Origin: Puccinia triticina
Lineage: Eukaryota
Length of the DNA: 64,000 nt
Direction of reading: 5' to 3'
NCBI GenBank assembly: GCA_026914245.1
Contig: CP110439.1
Location: forward strand, 7,626,001 to 7,690,000
The notes under the pieces were generated by a model. The model had not been told where the DNA came from. It saw only the letters and a list, made by a program, of their open reading frames with translations, and ran no database searches. The translations under genes were made by a program, and so were the position numbers. Positions 47,055 through 61,500 of the stretch are shown piece after piece. Each line of letters starts with the position of its first letter. The first letter of the stretch is position 1.

Positions 47055-47883
47055 TTAAGAAGATTTTTTAGTCCTTTCTAGCTCTTCCTTTAACTGGTCG
47101 CGATAGAAGCCGGACCAATAGACATAGCCATGAATGATCCCATTAGTGAGAGCGAAGGCGGAGAGAGAGATCGGGAAGAGGCTCAGTTTCGTCTTGGGTG
47201 GTCGTGCGAATGTGTGTCTCCATGAATCCCTCCCGTGCAAGAACAGGTATATGACACTCCAGGCTTTTGTTTTTCACGTAGTTTTTGTGACGGAGAGGCA
47301 AGAAGCAATTCAAGAAATCAGCATTGCTACTTTCGAAGGAGAAGCTTGCAATTTCTCATCGGTCATGTTGTGTTGGCAGACATACCAGAAGCTGTTCCGG
47401 AACCGTTATAGTAGTCACCTGCTGAAGTAATGTAGCTATTGTGGAATGTTAAACGGAGTACTAGATGAGCTAGAGGAGTTTTTTTTTTCTAGATCAGGAG
47501 TTTACTTACCCACTCAAGCCGAAGACCATAGACAAAGGAGTGACTTGCCACGTTGGTGCCAATCCGATGGGGTATAGTGCACCGGAGAATCGGCTACTCG
47601 TAGGTAGAGACGCCATCACTAAATGAGTATGAAAACAAGAGTAGATCAGAACACGATGAATCTAGTTGAGAGACTGCAAGACAGTGTCGGGACTGCCAGA
47701 TGACTTACGGAGAGCGCTCATCGACCATGCTGGCCACGGCGAGGAAGAGCCAACAGCCAGGAATTCGGCGAGCTTGTTCGGCGGATCCTGGGCGTCGGTA
47801 GATTTCTTTACTGGATCCTCGCTCCGACTTGCTGATGCTGTTGTTGCGATAGCGGCAGAGGTTGAGGGCGTAGTGGAAGCCAT
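47055..47883 (-). CDS. AIM19: AIM19-like (DUF2416) small mitochondrial membrane protein
   Basis: Motifs SSPWPAWSMSAL, FGLSGYITSAGDYYNGSGTA and AWSVIYLFLHG across 4 exons with GT-AG introns. Confidence 0.7.
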
Positions 47884-48849
47884 AGCTAGACGGGAGAGTC
47901 CGGAGACTGAAGAGATCGATGGGTACGGGCACGCTGGAGGTCCAAGGAGAGGCTCGCCCCTGCCAAATTTGCCTGGGCACTTGATCAAGTCAGGATCTGC
48001 ACTCATAGCCGATGGACAAGAACTGAGTTTCCCAGAAGGACTTCCAACCTCTCCCAACGCAACGCACTCAACACCAGGAAGGTCGGCGACAGTTGCTACA
48101 TGTCTGTGTTTAATTTGCAAGTTGAAATGTGTTGGACAATGAAGGGTAGGATACAACAATAGGACAGCGAGTACCACAATAGGACAGCGAGAAAAGGAAA
48201 TGTGGGTTCCAACTATCAAGGCACTGAGACCAGCCCCAGGAGAAGCGCATCATGGGTGGTGCCGTCGAGATGAAGAGGCGAACCAATCCACCGAGGCGAG
48301 TCCTAGCATTCCTCCCTGTGTAGGTAAAGCTGGCCGAGTGGATAATCAAATGAACCATCACGACAATCGGGCGGTATGCCGCAATCGAAGTCTGCTCGTG
48401 TAGGGGACGGGAACGCGGAATCCTCTCAGCTGGCGCACGGTCATCCGAAGATGAAAGGCTCAAAGTCCGAACCTAGTGGGAGAGCAGAGTAGGTAAGCTT
48501 AGGATACTTGCGCAGAGTGTTGAGGTGCTGTAACTTACTTTTGTGTCCCCATTATAAATTGTTCTAAGGGGAAAAAGTTGCAGGTGAGTGAAGTGATGAG
48601 ACTTTATAGTGAGCTCGATCGGCGGCTCAGTTGTGGGCGGGCGAGGATGGATATGCAATTTGTGGTGGCTGCCGAAAGGGGTGGTTGGCTGGCTGGAGTG
48701 GTGCGATCGGCCATCGGATGCTGCCCTTCAAAGCCGTCTCTTCTCCATTTCGCAGGGAACATCTCAGGAGATCCTACCATCACGGTTTGCCCGCACGATA
48801 CCCGTCACGCCGTCAGCTAATTGCAGCTCGTCCAAGAAAACCGCCCCTC

Positions 48850-51152
48850 ATGGAGAGCGCCCCAGTCGCCCACATTCACAGTTCGGCTACCAAGTAGTAA
48901 GTCTTCCATCACGTTGCAAGTGGATCTCCTGAAAAAAACTCACCGATGCGTCCCTTATCAGTGACCACAAGCCGACGTGGTATTTCGAGAACGGCCTGCG
49001 TAAAGTGCAACCTTACTTGTTCCAGTTCTCGACCTACGCCAAGGTAAATATCCGAGACTGTCGATTTGAACTACGCGAATGTCTTGCTCATCTGGATGAT
49101 TTGGCATTAGGAACGGTGGCGCGGCCGAAGCGTGATTGATGTCTTTAGGTTTGCAATCAATCTGATATTCGTATTTATGGTATGGCCCAGATGAACTAAA
49201 TACTTGCTCAAATTTAAATCTTTATGAACGCAGCACCGATTTCAGGTTAGCTACGATTTCCTGAAATTAGAATACATGGTTCAACCCCGGATCCATCAAA
49301 CAATTTGCAACGAGCTTGCCAGCGCTGAAAACACAACTTGCGTTGACGATACCTCAAGAGATCGAAGTCCAGAATACTACGTTTGTGCTCTTACCCGTGT
49401 ACATGTGCGAAGAATCAGACCGGTGCTGTTGTGGCTAATCATCCGGTTTTCATTATCTAGGCGCATGCTGTGGCCTCAGGTAGGAATTCAAACACATCAC
49501 ACTTGTACAATTCCTCTAGCTGGATAAGAACTCGTCTTGATTTTGATTTGAGCGAATGTAGGGGTCATCAAAATAAACGGCAAGAATATCAAGAAGGATG
49601 TCATCATCAGAAACGGCGACCGCATCACAAACACACTCCATAGACACGAGCCACCAGTGACCGGAGACCCCGTGAGGATATTGCATCGAGATGACGAGAA
49701 AGGGTTATTGGTCGTCGAAAAGCCTGGCAGCATGCCCGTGAATTATCTCCATCTTCATCCCCCATCACATCCGGCAATACAAACCAACCCGGACTTTCTT
49801 TTACAGGTACATCCTACTGGTCGGTATAACTACAATACGCTACTGTCCATCTTACGCTTCGATTATGATCTACCTCTGGTTCACAGTCAGTTTGAAACCG
49901 CCAACTTGACTCTATATAAACGATAATATTAAACCGAACGATATTTATCTCAGCAAGCAATCGTCTCGATCGACTGACTTCTGGAGTCATGGTCTGCGCT
50001 TTGACGGTCGAAGCCTCAAGAGGACTGTCGAAGTATTTCAGCACTGAAGGCGCAGTGAAGAAGGAGTATATTGCTCGCTGTCGTGGAGACTTCCCAGAGT
50101 TGGTCATGTCATCCATCAACCTGCTTCCGATACAAGCATTCGACTGATTCATGGCTGGCATACTCAGTGATGAAATAACCTGCGAGGAACCTCTGCTAAC
50201 TATTGATCGGCAAATCGGACTCAACGTTGTTCATCCTGAAGGAAAACATGCCAAAACGATTTTTAAGAAACTGAGCTATGATCCAGAATCAGACTCATCA
50301 GTTATACATTGTTAGTGACAAGTTGATGACCTTACTGGAGTAAATGACTCAGACTGATTCCCTGTGCAGGTCGACCAATCACCGGTCGCTCTCACCAGCT
50401 CCGCGTACACTTACAATATCTGGGCTACCCGATTCTCAATGATACGATATACTGTAACCTCAAGGCGTGGGGATCAGCCCAGGGTAAGGGTGGGATTTTC
50501 TTCGCTCCAACGGACAAGACCAAACCTTCGACAGATGACGAACCTCCCCCGAATGATGGTGAGAGTGCTCCCCAAGGAAGCGCCTCTGTTAAGACGGATG
50601 ATTCGACGACGAACCTGACGGGCCAAAAGCGGTCCTCGAAATCGAAGCTCGGAAGGAACCAGCGGCAAGGAATCTCGCAAGTGAGCGAGAAACGGCTCAA
50701 GCTGGATCCCGAGTCAGCCGAGGCGGGGAACTGCAGCGGGGTAGCCATCAACGAGCTCGCTGAGGCGGTCATCCTCGAGCTCAGGAAGGCCCGGGATATC
50801 GAGGATGACTTTGGCAGGATCAAGGATACCGTGCACATCGATAAAGCGTTCAAGTCCCCCCAGGAACTCCAGACGTCCCTCGGCTCCAACCCCGTCTCGG
50901 ATCCACTTGACGGCAAGTTTTGTGCTGACTGTGGGATCCCTCTATTGCCTGATCCCAAGCCAGAACAATTGTACATCTACTTGCATGCATTCAGGTTAGC
51001 AGAAATCGAGACACCTTATCCCTGTACATGTCGCCCACACGTCCTGATTTGTGTTCATTTGCAGATACCAAACTGAAAGCTGGGATTTCAGTAGTGAGAT
51101 GCCTTGGTGGGCAGATGACCAGGAATGGAAAGCCAGGAGACCAAGCCAGTAG
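48850..51152 (+). CDS. RluA-family pseudouridine synthase (RPUSD2 / Pus8-Pus9-like), without a deaminase domain
   Basis: Motifs [51 protein letters not shown] (catalytic Asp), [30 protein letters not shown] and CADC..PDP...YLHAFRY. Confidence 0.92.
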
Positions 51153-52123
51153 TAGTGCAGATGTGATGTGTACCACGTTTTCTTTTTTTGTAATTCTAAT
51201 GGGATTAGACGAACACATCAAAAAGATTGGTTGGATGGACTTTCAGCGGACCAAAGGCGCTAGTTCGACAGGGGCAGTGGGTGGAGGAGAGAGCCCTCGG
51301 CAGCTAGTCCCGTAATCAACTCCATCTTCTTGATTTCCCGTCGTCCGAAGTTGTTCATTTAGAAGCAAGGGCTGTAAACCTTACTTACTGGTGAAAATTG
51401 TTCGAAATCCACTTTTCTCCTGCGCACAAGGCTAGAGCCGTCTGTAGGCCACGGGGACGGGAACGGAGATGATTTAAGTCCCTCGGGCATACATTCCACG
51501 GGCTCGTCCAGAGACACTTGGCTGGTGTCCGGGATTCTGGTGTGTGTCTTGTTCGAAGGCAAATCTGAATTTGCTAATCGTGGTCTGTGTCCCACATCCC
51601 TCCGACATCAGGCTGCCAGACACCACACTACGGACCGTTCAGCTGGAAGCTTGATCAAAAAAAGGCAAATTCTCTGTACCAAGAAGTTGAATCGGATTTG
51701 CATGTCAACTGCTCACAATTGAGCCGTGGTTTTGGCAGTCCGCAAGCATCACAAATGGCCATATACCAAGAAAAATATTTGACATTGCTGGTCCCGTCCG
51801 GGTTCCCACACACCACCATTAAAGCCATGAGAACAACCAATGATATCTGCGATGATAGAGAGAAAGGGGGATATAAGAAAACCATGCGAAAGAATGACCA
51901 TAACCCTGTGATACTGATGAATGTAACTAACAAAACTGCTGGGCAAGACTGCTACTATAATACATCAAACTGCAACAAGGACAAACTAATGATAGTTGTG
52001 AGCCGGCACAGGAAACATCGTGTGTGGCGATTTTCAGATAACGTTGAATGTGACGTCCGGAATCAAGAAATATTTAATTAATTAGTCGTAGGAGGATTGT
52101 GCGTGAAATGAATTCAAGGAAGG

Positions 52124-55100
52124 CTACTGTCGTTTGGCCGATGTCGAACGAATCGACATGGTACGTTTGGTAGGGTCTGTAGAAAAAGATAAGAGATTAG
52201 CGCTTTGAATCAAGTGAGAGAAGCCGCAGGAGTGAGCTTACGCATCATGAGTCCTTTGGGTGGCTTGACGCTAGATGACAAAAGCTTCTTGCGGAGGAGC
52301 AAGACTCTGCCACTAGCCCATAATAGGATGACGAATCCGAAAGCAATCGGAATCAACCAGAACAATGGCAAGATGCGATGACTGGCGCCGAAGACGGTTC
52401 TCAACGGGGGCACGTAAATGATCTGCAAAAATTGGAGACATAAATGCAATCAGTATGAATCCAGGAAATCGGTACAAAACCACTCTGGTACTCACGAAAG
52501 CTGCAAGTACTGCACCAGCCAAAGCACCGGCAAAATTCCACTTGTTGCCAATGGCCGCCTTTCCGAATGGGAATTTGAGTTTGGCCTTGACAGCGAACAT
52601 GTTAAAGCACTGCATTAAGAAGATAGACATGTAAAACATGCCCTGCGCCTGCGCCAAGGCTTCGGTTTGATCTGTGCTATCGATAACCCGACCGCTGAGG
52701 TTTGTGTATGGAGGTGACTTGTCCGTAAAGTAAATCCCGGCCTTTTGAGCAATTTGCAAGTCGCGGGGGGTGAAGTGATTGTAATTGAAGATGACGAAGT
52801 AGGCCAACATGCATCCAACGGTTTCAATCATTCCAGCCTCTGTAATCGAGTATGCGACAGATGGGGAGATTTGAGAACATTTGCGGCGGTAGGATGAAAA
52901 AGAGAAAAAGAAGAAACAAAAACTCACGCAGGTAGGAGTAGCTGAGCAGGGAGCCATCAACCAATGCTTCACCATCAGATTTCTCGAGCAAGTCATCCCA
53001 CCACCACTTGGAAAACGGCTTTTTGACATTTTGCACAACGTTGCGCACAGTGCTACCGATGCGTGATTCAGGTTTCTCATTGCCTGCTTCAACGTCCATG
53101 TGATTGGTCCTGGTTCGCCTTAGTGCCTTCTTCTTCAGCTGCATTATGGTTCGGTCAGTAACGGGCTTGCGGGGCATGGTGGTCATAAGGACTTCAGACG
53201 ACTCGGGGCAATCCCACGCGAACGACAACGCAGCAAACAATTCAAATCCCTAGAGTGATCGAAATTAGCTAATTGTTGGCAATGGCAGTTTTCGGCGGGT
53301 AACTCACCAAGTCAATGACCAAGATCAGAATGGCGGACAGCGGTAATGGGATCGGAACGATGACGTAAAGAAGCTGGGGAATTACTTCAGGGACGGAATG
53401 TGTGACTGTGTACTGGATACTTCGTTTAAGATTGGTGAAGATAAGTCTGCCTTCTCGGACCTGAAACAGCGGATCAACGTGTTAGCACGGAAAGACGGTG
53501 CGGCTCGTCAGACGTTCACCGCTCACCCCATCCACTACGCTTGCAAAGTTGTCGTCAAGCAAGATCATGTTAGCGGCTTCTTTCGAGACGTCACTGCCAC
53601 TGATGTTCATTGCGATTCCTGCGTGGTAGATATATGTTAGCTGTGAGATTCATCGAAAAATTGATACATCGTTGGAGAACAAACCTAGGTCTGCCTTCTT
53701 TAATGCGGGGGAGTCATTGACACCTGCAAGAGGGAAGAGAGGGAATAGAGCAATCAGTGGAAAGGTAACGTGAATTGTCAAAGGCGCATGAACATACCAT
53801 CTCCAGTGACTCCAACAATGTGTCCCAGTGCTTGTGCGCGTTTGACGATTTCCAGTTTATGCTTGGGTGACTGCAAGAATTCAACTCGTGAGCCCTGTTG
53901 TCTTGGATGCGTGTGTCTGAAGGGGTGAATGCACTAGACAATCAACTCACCGTGCGTGCAAAGACAATTTCAGTCTTGTTGAGGATTGTGTCCCACTCCC
54001 AACCTTGAAGAGAGTCAATGGCATCACCGTGGACAACGACTGCATCTACTTCGTCTTCATGGATCTCTTCAACTGGACGACCGGTGGCCTTTGCAAGCGA
54101 CTCCTTCGTGTGACCAATGACCAAGTTGATTTTTCGTGCAATGGCCTGTGTTAAGATTGGATCAGCAAGTGAAGTATGAAGTAGACTACCAAAAATTGCA
54201 TTACCTCAGCTGTAAGGGGGTGATCACCAGTAACCTGTGAAGGAGAGGTCAACAGGTGTTCAATGTGCTTGCTCAATGAGGAACATCGCCTAAATTACTC
54301 ACCATTACGACTTTGATTCCAGCCGACCGTAGCTGACCAATAGCCTCTCGTACACCATGCTTGGGAGGATCTTCAAGGGAGACCAATCCGACAAAACACA
54401 AGTTTTCGGTGGGACAGTTGTCATCCTTCTTGCTAAATGCAAAATCGCGGGGGAATTGATCACCAGGGAGCAAAAGTTGGGCACATGCAATCACACGATG
54501 ACCCCGAGAAGCCATGTATTGATAAGCCTCGCCGTATTCCTTCTTAAATTGTTCAGTGATGGGGATAGATTCGCCGTTGACCAAAACATGGGAACATCGA
54601 TCAAGGACACGTTCAGGAGCTCCTTTCAAGTATAGCGTCAAGTCTCCGTTAGAGTGAGGTTTCTGTACCACCACCAATGCCCATTTGGCCGTACTGTTGA
54701 AGGGGATCGAATAGGCCTCCGGATGTTTTTCGCGGACTTGGTCGAATTCAAGGTTTTTCCCCGCAAAACGGGTGAGTCCACTTTCAGTGGCGTCGCCCAG
54801 GATCTCTCGTTGCTCGAAGGGGATGTCCATCTTGTCAAACTTGACTTTAGAACACAGCGTGCAGATATCGAGGATTTCGGGAACTCCTAGGTCTTCTTTC
54901 TTGAAATGCTGTACCTCGGCTTCATCGTTGTGACTTTCGAATGCACTGCTCATCTTGAGATTTGTCCACATAGCCTAGAAGTAGATATGTGGTGGGTGAG
55001 AAACAGCATGTGAAGACGAGGAGCTAAGAAATGACATACGGTGACTGTCATCTGATTTCTAGTCAATGTACCGGTTTTATCAGTGGCAAGCATTGTTAAT

Positions 55101-56999
55101 GCACCAAGGGTCTCGACACCTTGCAAGTCTTTGACAAGCACCTTAGCTTTTGCCATGCGCTTCGCCGCAATAGACAGTAAAAGTGTGACAGTCGCCGCTA
55201 CAGAAAAGCAAATATCTAGTGAACCTCTGCAAAATTACTACATCAAGAAAAACTGATAAGCTCACGTAATCCTTCAGGTACCCAAGCGACTAAGACGGAG
55301 ACTGCGAAGGTGACAGTGGCGGCAATTTTTCCCTTGTAGGCTGACGCGATGAATTAAGATGATGAGTTGTTTGTTGCGAGATGCCTGGTAATGGTACTAG
55401 TACTTACTGGTCCCAATTCCAACACCGAAAAAGATTATGGCAGTGATAATCTAGACCAGACGGGTTGAGTTAGTTGAGATTGATGAATCGAAGCCATTTA
55501 TACAGACACTAACAGCAATGCACGAGATTATCTTGACGAAGTCGTCAATTTCTTGGGCCAATGGACTCCTAAATTTGAGAAATGAAGTCTAATTAGTAAC
55601 GAGTGACAACTTGTGAGTTGGAGGAGAGGATATGTACTAACTTGTTATCAGCCTCGCCACCGGTAAGTCCAGCAATTTGTCCGATGAATGTGTGATCGCC
55701 TGTGCGGACAACAATTCCAAAACCTTCACCTGATACCACCAGAGTAGAACTAGAAGGTGCGCAAGGATGGCCTATGTCAGTATTTCATAGTTGGTCGAAT
55801 TTCCTCGCGAGGGACTCACTTGAACAAGAGATTGCGGGCTTCGACTGGGCGGACTGGATCTCCTTCCAAAAGAACAGCTCTTTCTTGCGGCTCCGACTCT
55901 CCCGTCAACTATGGACAAATCACGTGCGATGATTAATAAGGAAACGTTTCTGTAGCGTGGTACAAAGCATACCACTTACACTTGAGTTGTCTACTTTAAC
56001 ATCCGAGGCTGAAAAGAGCACCAAATCGGCGGGCACTTTGTCACCCATCTTGATGAACACAACGTCACCTTTGACGAGTTCTTGGGCGGGGATGGAGCTG
56101 ATTTCGCCACCGCGAACGATTTTACACGAAGGAGGCATCATTGATAAGAAAGATGCCAGGATCGCATCGGCTTTCTGTCCTTGGTACCCTGGGAGACAGA
56201 AGACAGCGCATGAGCAAGAGATGATGTGCAAATCTCGATGGAGATAACTTACATTCTATAAATGCGTTCAAAAAGGCGACGATAATGAGAATTGCACCCA
56301 AGTACTCGTTGGCTTTGTTGTTCTCAAAATCTATTGCCAGCAACACGTATTCAAGTATACCAGCGAGCATCAAGAGCACGTTGAATAAGGATAACAATGC
56401 ATCAAAGTACTGCGACCGAAGCAGAAACAGGGGAACAGACATGAGTCAGTACCACATCTGAAACTTGACAAGAAATGAGATCCACGCTCACCTTTCGCAG
56501 GGCACTCTTCTTCTTGGGAGGAGTCAATTGATTCGGGCCGTCTCGGGCTAGCCTGGATTGAGCTTCTGCAGTTGTCAAACCTGAACTGGCACTGGGATTG
56601 CTAGCATTGATTGAAGTGCCCATGGCTTCGGCGACTTTTTGAGGGCTCAGTTTGTGCTCAGACTGTGACAAAGATGTGAAAAAACACGGGGTTAGTGATC
56701 GCATGAGCACCGGGTTGAAAATCTAATCACTCAACAATGTCCGCCGAGGCTCCCTCAAGGGCTTTAGCCTTCATCTTCGACTCAAGCTCCTCATAGCCGG
56801 CGTTAGCGAGCTCCTTCTCGTCGTGAGTAAGTTCTCGGCGAAGTCCTAAATCGCGCCCAGCTTGAGTGGTGGCACTCATGGGCGGCTTTGGGTCGGCAAA
56901 AGAGATACCGGCTGTCGGATTCACAGGGTTCACCTGGTTCGGGCTCTGATCATCAAGTTCATCCAAGCCACCTTTCTCGGGAAATTCCTGCGTTGACAT
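52124..56999 (-). CDS. Type IIC P-type ATPase (Na,K-ATPase alpha-like; fungal ACU-type alkali cation ATPase)
   Basis: Motifs [38 protein letters not shown] (phosphorylated Asp), [32 protein letters not shown] and [19 protein letters not shown]; many introns. Confidence 0.93.
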
Positions 57000-58569
57000 C
57001 GTGAATAGAAGGCTTCGGGGTAGAGTTTCGTTGGTTTGGGGTGAAGTATTGAATATCGGTTCTGATGGGTGGACTGGTGTAATGAGTTCGAGATAGGTTG
57101 ACGAGGAAACCAGTCGGGAAAACTGTGGTATAATATAAATATGACTGATAATGAGTTGATTGAATGTGAGCGTGGAATCGGGTGAATCGACGGAAACTGA
57201 CGGTCGGAGATGGGTGATCACGAGCTTAATAGTAATAATAGGTGTGCGGAGACGCTTGACGCAGCGTAAAACAAGTTATGTCGAAAGTTTGGAGACCTGG
57301 CGGAAATCGGGGAGGCAATTGCCTTGTTTCTTGGCAATGCGGGTGTAGTCGAGAAAGTTGTCTTATGCTATGGGGAAAAGCAAAGAGGGGCAGGCAGTAG
57401 TGTGCGTACGAGGGAGGTCAAAGGCGCGTAGGAAGACAACGAGCCTGTACTTATATATAAATGTGTAGATGTATGTGTGTAGAATACGCGCGGACCCAAG
57501 GTTGGCGCACTTCGACACCGGTGCACTTGGAAGAGATGGACAGGCGGCGTGAGGAACTATAATCGGTGGCGATTACTCTGGCAGGATGGAGCAGCGTATT
57601 TAATTCGCAACACAACTGCACTGCACAGTGCGTATGAACAACCCGATATGTACAGGCAGAGAGAGAGTCGCAGCGATTGCAACGTTTTGAGAATTTTGGC
57701 CAAGGGTCTGCGCAGGTCTGCGCAAGGCCAGGCAAACCAAGACTGAGACTAAACTGGCAAATCTGTAGTGCATACAATCCCATGTGTTTCACGAATGAAT
57801 CCCTCACTTCCTATCGAGGCGCCCGAGTAGGCCCGAGTGTCTTTGCCAAAACCGGCTTGGTCTTTCGTCACAAACCAAGGCCGAAAACACAACTGTGTAC
57901 AACAACTGGCTCGTCGAACGCGCAAGCCATGAGTCGGCCTTTCGTTTTTCAAGGTCTGGGCCGGCGACGCACTGTAATATCAACAACATACAACCCTGGC
58001 TGGTCAAAGCTGGTCAAAGTCAACCCTTCTTCTGCGCGACGGACATGCAGCGCGCGTTAGAATTACAGTTTGAGCGGGGAAATTTTGAAACCGATAAAAG
58101 CTCCGGTAGCCGGTTTGCAACATGTGACATGAGTTGTAGTGTGCTCTATCCACCTGTACAGGTACTCTCGAACGTGTCTTCGCTTTGGAAATCCTTCGAT
58201 GTACATACTGCGGTGAACGAGTAGCATAATACATTGTGCTTGTCCCGAGCGATCAATCCTGGGGGACCCAGCAGGAGTGGACTGAGCCTCCGAAACGTAT
58301 GTAGCATTGGCGTGCGATTCGCCGTTGATCTGGAATTCCAGTCAGATGGCAACGCGGGGCAGGGTTCTACGGATTGGTACCCAAAATCTCATGAGCGTGG
58401 GTAAAATCTATGCGGGAAGACCTCAACAGGTTTGAGGGAGATATGCCACAATGTCCATTGGTCACTATGTAAAATGCCCCGCACCTGCGTCCTGCGTTCA
58501 TACTTCCATGATGCAACACCCTCGTCATGTGGAGAATATTTCCAACATCCCAGTAGAATGGTTCACATC

Positions 58570-61500
58570 TGAGGTTTTAGCAACACTGCTGACAAGCTAA
58601 ACACAGCCTCCCAGTGAGAGGCCCCCTAGGGTCTCTGTAGCCTGTTGAAGTTTCCCCTCTGGACTTAAGAAGCTGATACAATTGAAGCCTTGTAGCTGCC
58701 AATATGAGGCCTAGATCCTCCTGATTAAAGTTTCCAAGCACTAAGGAAAAGCAGCTGTATAGGGATTGCTGTAAAATACTGCACAGATTTATTAGAAATG
58801 TTGATATCTGAGACATCCCTCTATGAATTTCTAGAGGACTCTGTCACAGTTGTACTGGTTTGCTTCACAATGACATCATTGCTTTGCTTGGTCCTCAAAT
58901 TTTGTTGTTGCTTGCCCTCAGATCCCCTTCCAATGATACATCAGCTCACTTCTTTGAGAGTCTTTGGAGTTTCCTTTTGGGGAACTGACAATCTTTTTTA
59001 TTGTCCTTTGTCAGCATTAACACCATATTACATTATATTTACTAGCTGCTGTTCCTCTATGTTTGACATCTTCCTTCTTATTATTATTGAAGCCATCACT
59101 TGGTTTCTGGTGCTTGACTCACTTTTTCTCAACAATCCACTAATCTTTATCAGCGCTTGACTCATTTACTCCTCCCTTCCTTTCAACATCTTGACTACCC
59201 TTGTCCTTTGATTATTTGGACATCTCACTCCAGTAGATTCTCACTTGAAAAATTCATTGTCTTTCTGATTCAATCATCATCAACTGACCTTGTTTCCTTT
59301 GTCTTTTGTTTTCATTATCCTTGCGTGTTCTCTTGTGTATCCTCTTGTCCCTACTCTTGTGTTGTCTTTGCCTTAAGGTACTTTACCTTTTTCTTTTCTC
59401 TTTTGCTTGTATTTCTCTGTATCAGATTGTACTAGAAATACAAGCTGAAGTTTGACTATTCAAAAGAGAACACTACTTTTTTCTTACATAAGCTTAAAGG
59501 ATTCTCAGTGAGCTTCTTTGAATTCAGCTCCAGTTCATGGGAGAGTGAAATGGGATGTGGGGGATTTGGGGGCACAAAGTTGGCCACCTGGAAAAAACAC
59601 AAATTGTATGTGGGGCCCTCACACCAGGAATTCAAGTCCCTTGCTGATGGGAGGCCATACTTTGTACAAGGTGCTTCTTGCCCCTGCACTGCCAGCATAT
59701 TTGGCTGGGATGAGACATCCCAGTTTCATTAGGATGCACTCAACCAATTTAAAATGGGCCAATTTCATCCAATGATAAACACAAGGGACATTGGATTCAT
59801 ATTTCATCAGTTGAGATCAACCAAGTTTGAATTGGTTGAGTTCTTCCCAGATTAACTGGGATAACCTCAACCCAGCCAATTATGCTGGCAGTGCTGCCCC
59901 CTGGTGGTAGAGACAAGGGTGCAACAGCTACACTACATTTAGTGTAGTTTTCAGCTAAATTAGTGAGTTGACATGTGGTAACTCTGAGGAATCTTGTGGT
60001 GTTATGCCAGCCTTACTCAAGGTTTTACTCAACCCAAGCTTCTATGCACAGTGACTGTGCCAACAAAGGCACTTGTGCATTCAGGCGGAGTTACAATGGC
60101 AGCTTGGTGTTGTGGTAGATGGAAAAGTGAAAAATCAAAAGTTTTTTTCTCATACATATATTTAATCACCCTAGGCCTCAAGATACCACCAAATGGACCT
60201 CAGAAATGGGTTCTAGTATCTACAGCCAATTTTACCCCTAGTCACCACTGGAAGCGTCACTGGAACCCCGCTGGATTGGAAGTTACACCCTCTTGGACCC
60301 CTCATGGACACAGCCAGCCCCAGTCCTCAAGTCACCTTTCCCAGGTATACACATACTCAGCCCCAGCCAAACACATACTCTTTTTTCATCCCCCTTATCT
60401 CCACTGCATATGCAGGGGACCAACCCCATTTCTTCTGTATTTGACATGTCCCCGCTTCATTTATGCACCCCTTGCAGTTGCATGCAGTCTTCTGACCCCA
60501 TTTCTGCACTCCTTGCATTAATCTGACATCCTTCATGCACCCCTTGCATGTGGTACCCCTGTATGTGATTTTCCCGCTTTGTTTATGCACTCCGTGCATT
60601 AGTATGACATCATCTTTCATTTGTCACCCCACTTTTTGCCTGTATTTAGTATCTTCTGACCCCACTTGTACACAGCCCACCAGCTAAAATCCCTCATCCA
60701 GGGTCCCCCTTGTAGCTAAAATCCCTCACATTTGTCTATATAATGAGCTCTCTCCCCCAGTTGTTTTTCCCTCAGCTCTGTACCCACTAGTTATACAGAT
60801 ACCACCCATAGCCACCATCATCCTTACATGATATAACAACCCTTACAACATAACATATCATCCCTCATATCTGCAATTACCACTGAGCTCACTCTCATAT
60901 TCTCATACTCTCATACCCTTTGGTTGACATATCACACTGTGGTGGTCAATCTGGTAGTCAGCATCTTTCCGTCATTTTCAGTTCCACCAGCGCCATCCTC
61001 AAGACTCAAGATTCAGCTCTCAAGCCTCAGGAATTCTCATCAGACCTCAAGACCAAGATCCTTAAGACTCACTCCTCTCAGCTTCCACCTCCCACTTTTC
61101 TCATGTTTCCCTCCCCTTCTCTGCACATCCTTTCAGCTTCTTCACCAGGAAAAAAATATAGTCACTTGATGGCAAGTGACATGATGCAGCTTTGGTTTCT
61201 GCTCCAGGGCTGCTCCAGGGCTGCTCCAAGTCTGCTCCACCAGCACTTCTAGAGCTTGCAGGACTGCACCAGAGCACTCAATGTGGCACAGTCAGCTGAT
61301 ACTAAATTTTTCCCAGGAACAGCTGATGCTCATCAAAAGCTGAGCAGTAGGCATTGAATGAGCTTGGGCCAAAGCTGAGCATTTGCTGAGCCAGGGACAC
61401 AGCTGAGCATTGGCTATTCCAAGCCTGATACAAAGCCCAGTGTCAGCTGGACCAAGAAATTTCCAAATCTGGGCATCAGCTTAGCCAACAATGGCCAAAA

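Noticed and set aside
47662..48463. Long overlapping ORFs upstream of the AIM19-like start
   Set aside because: Mostly non-ATG starts in a GC-rich divergent promoter region; no recognisable domain.
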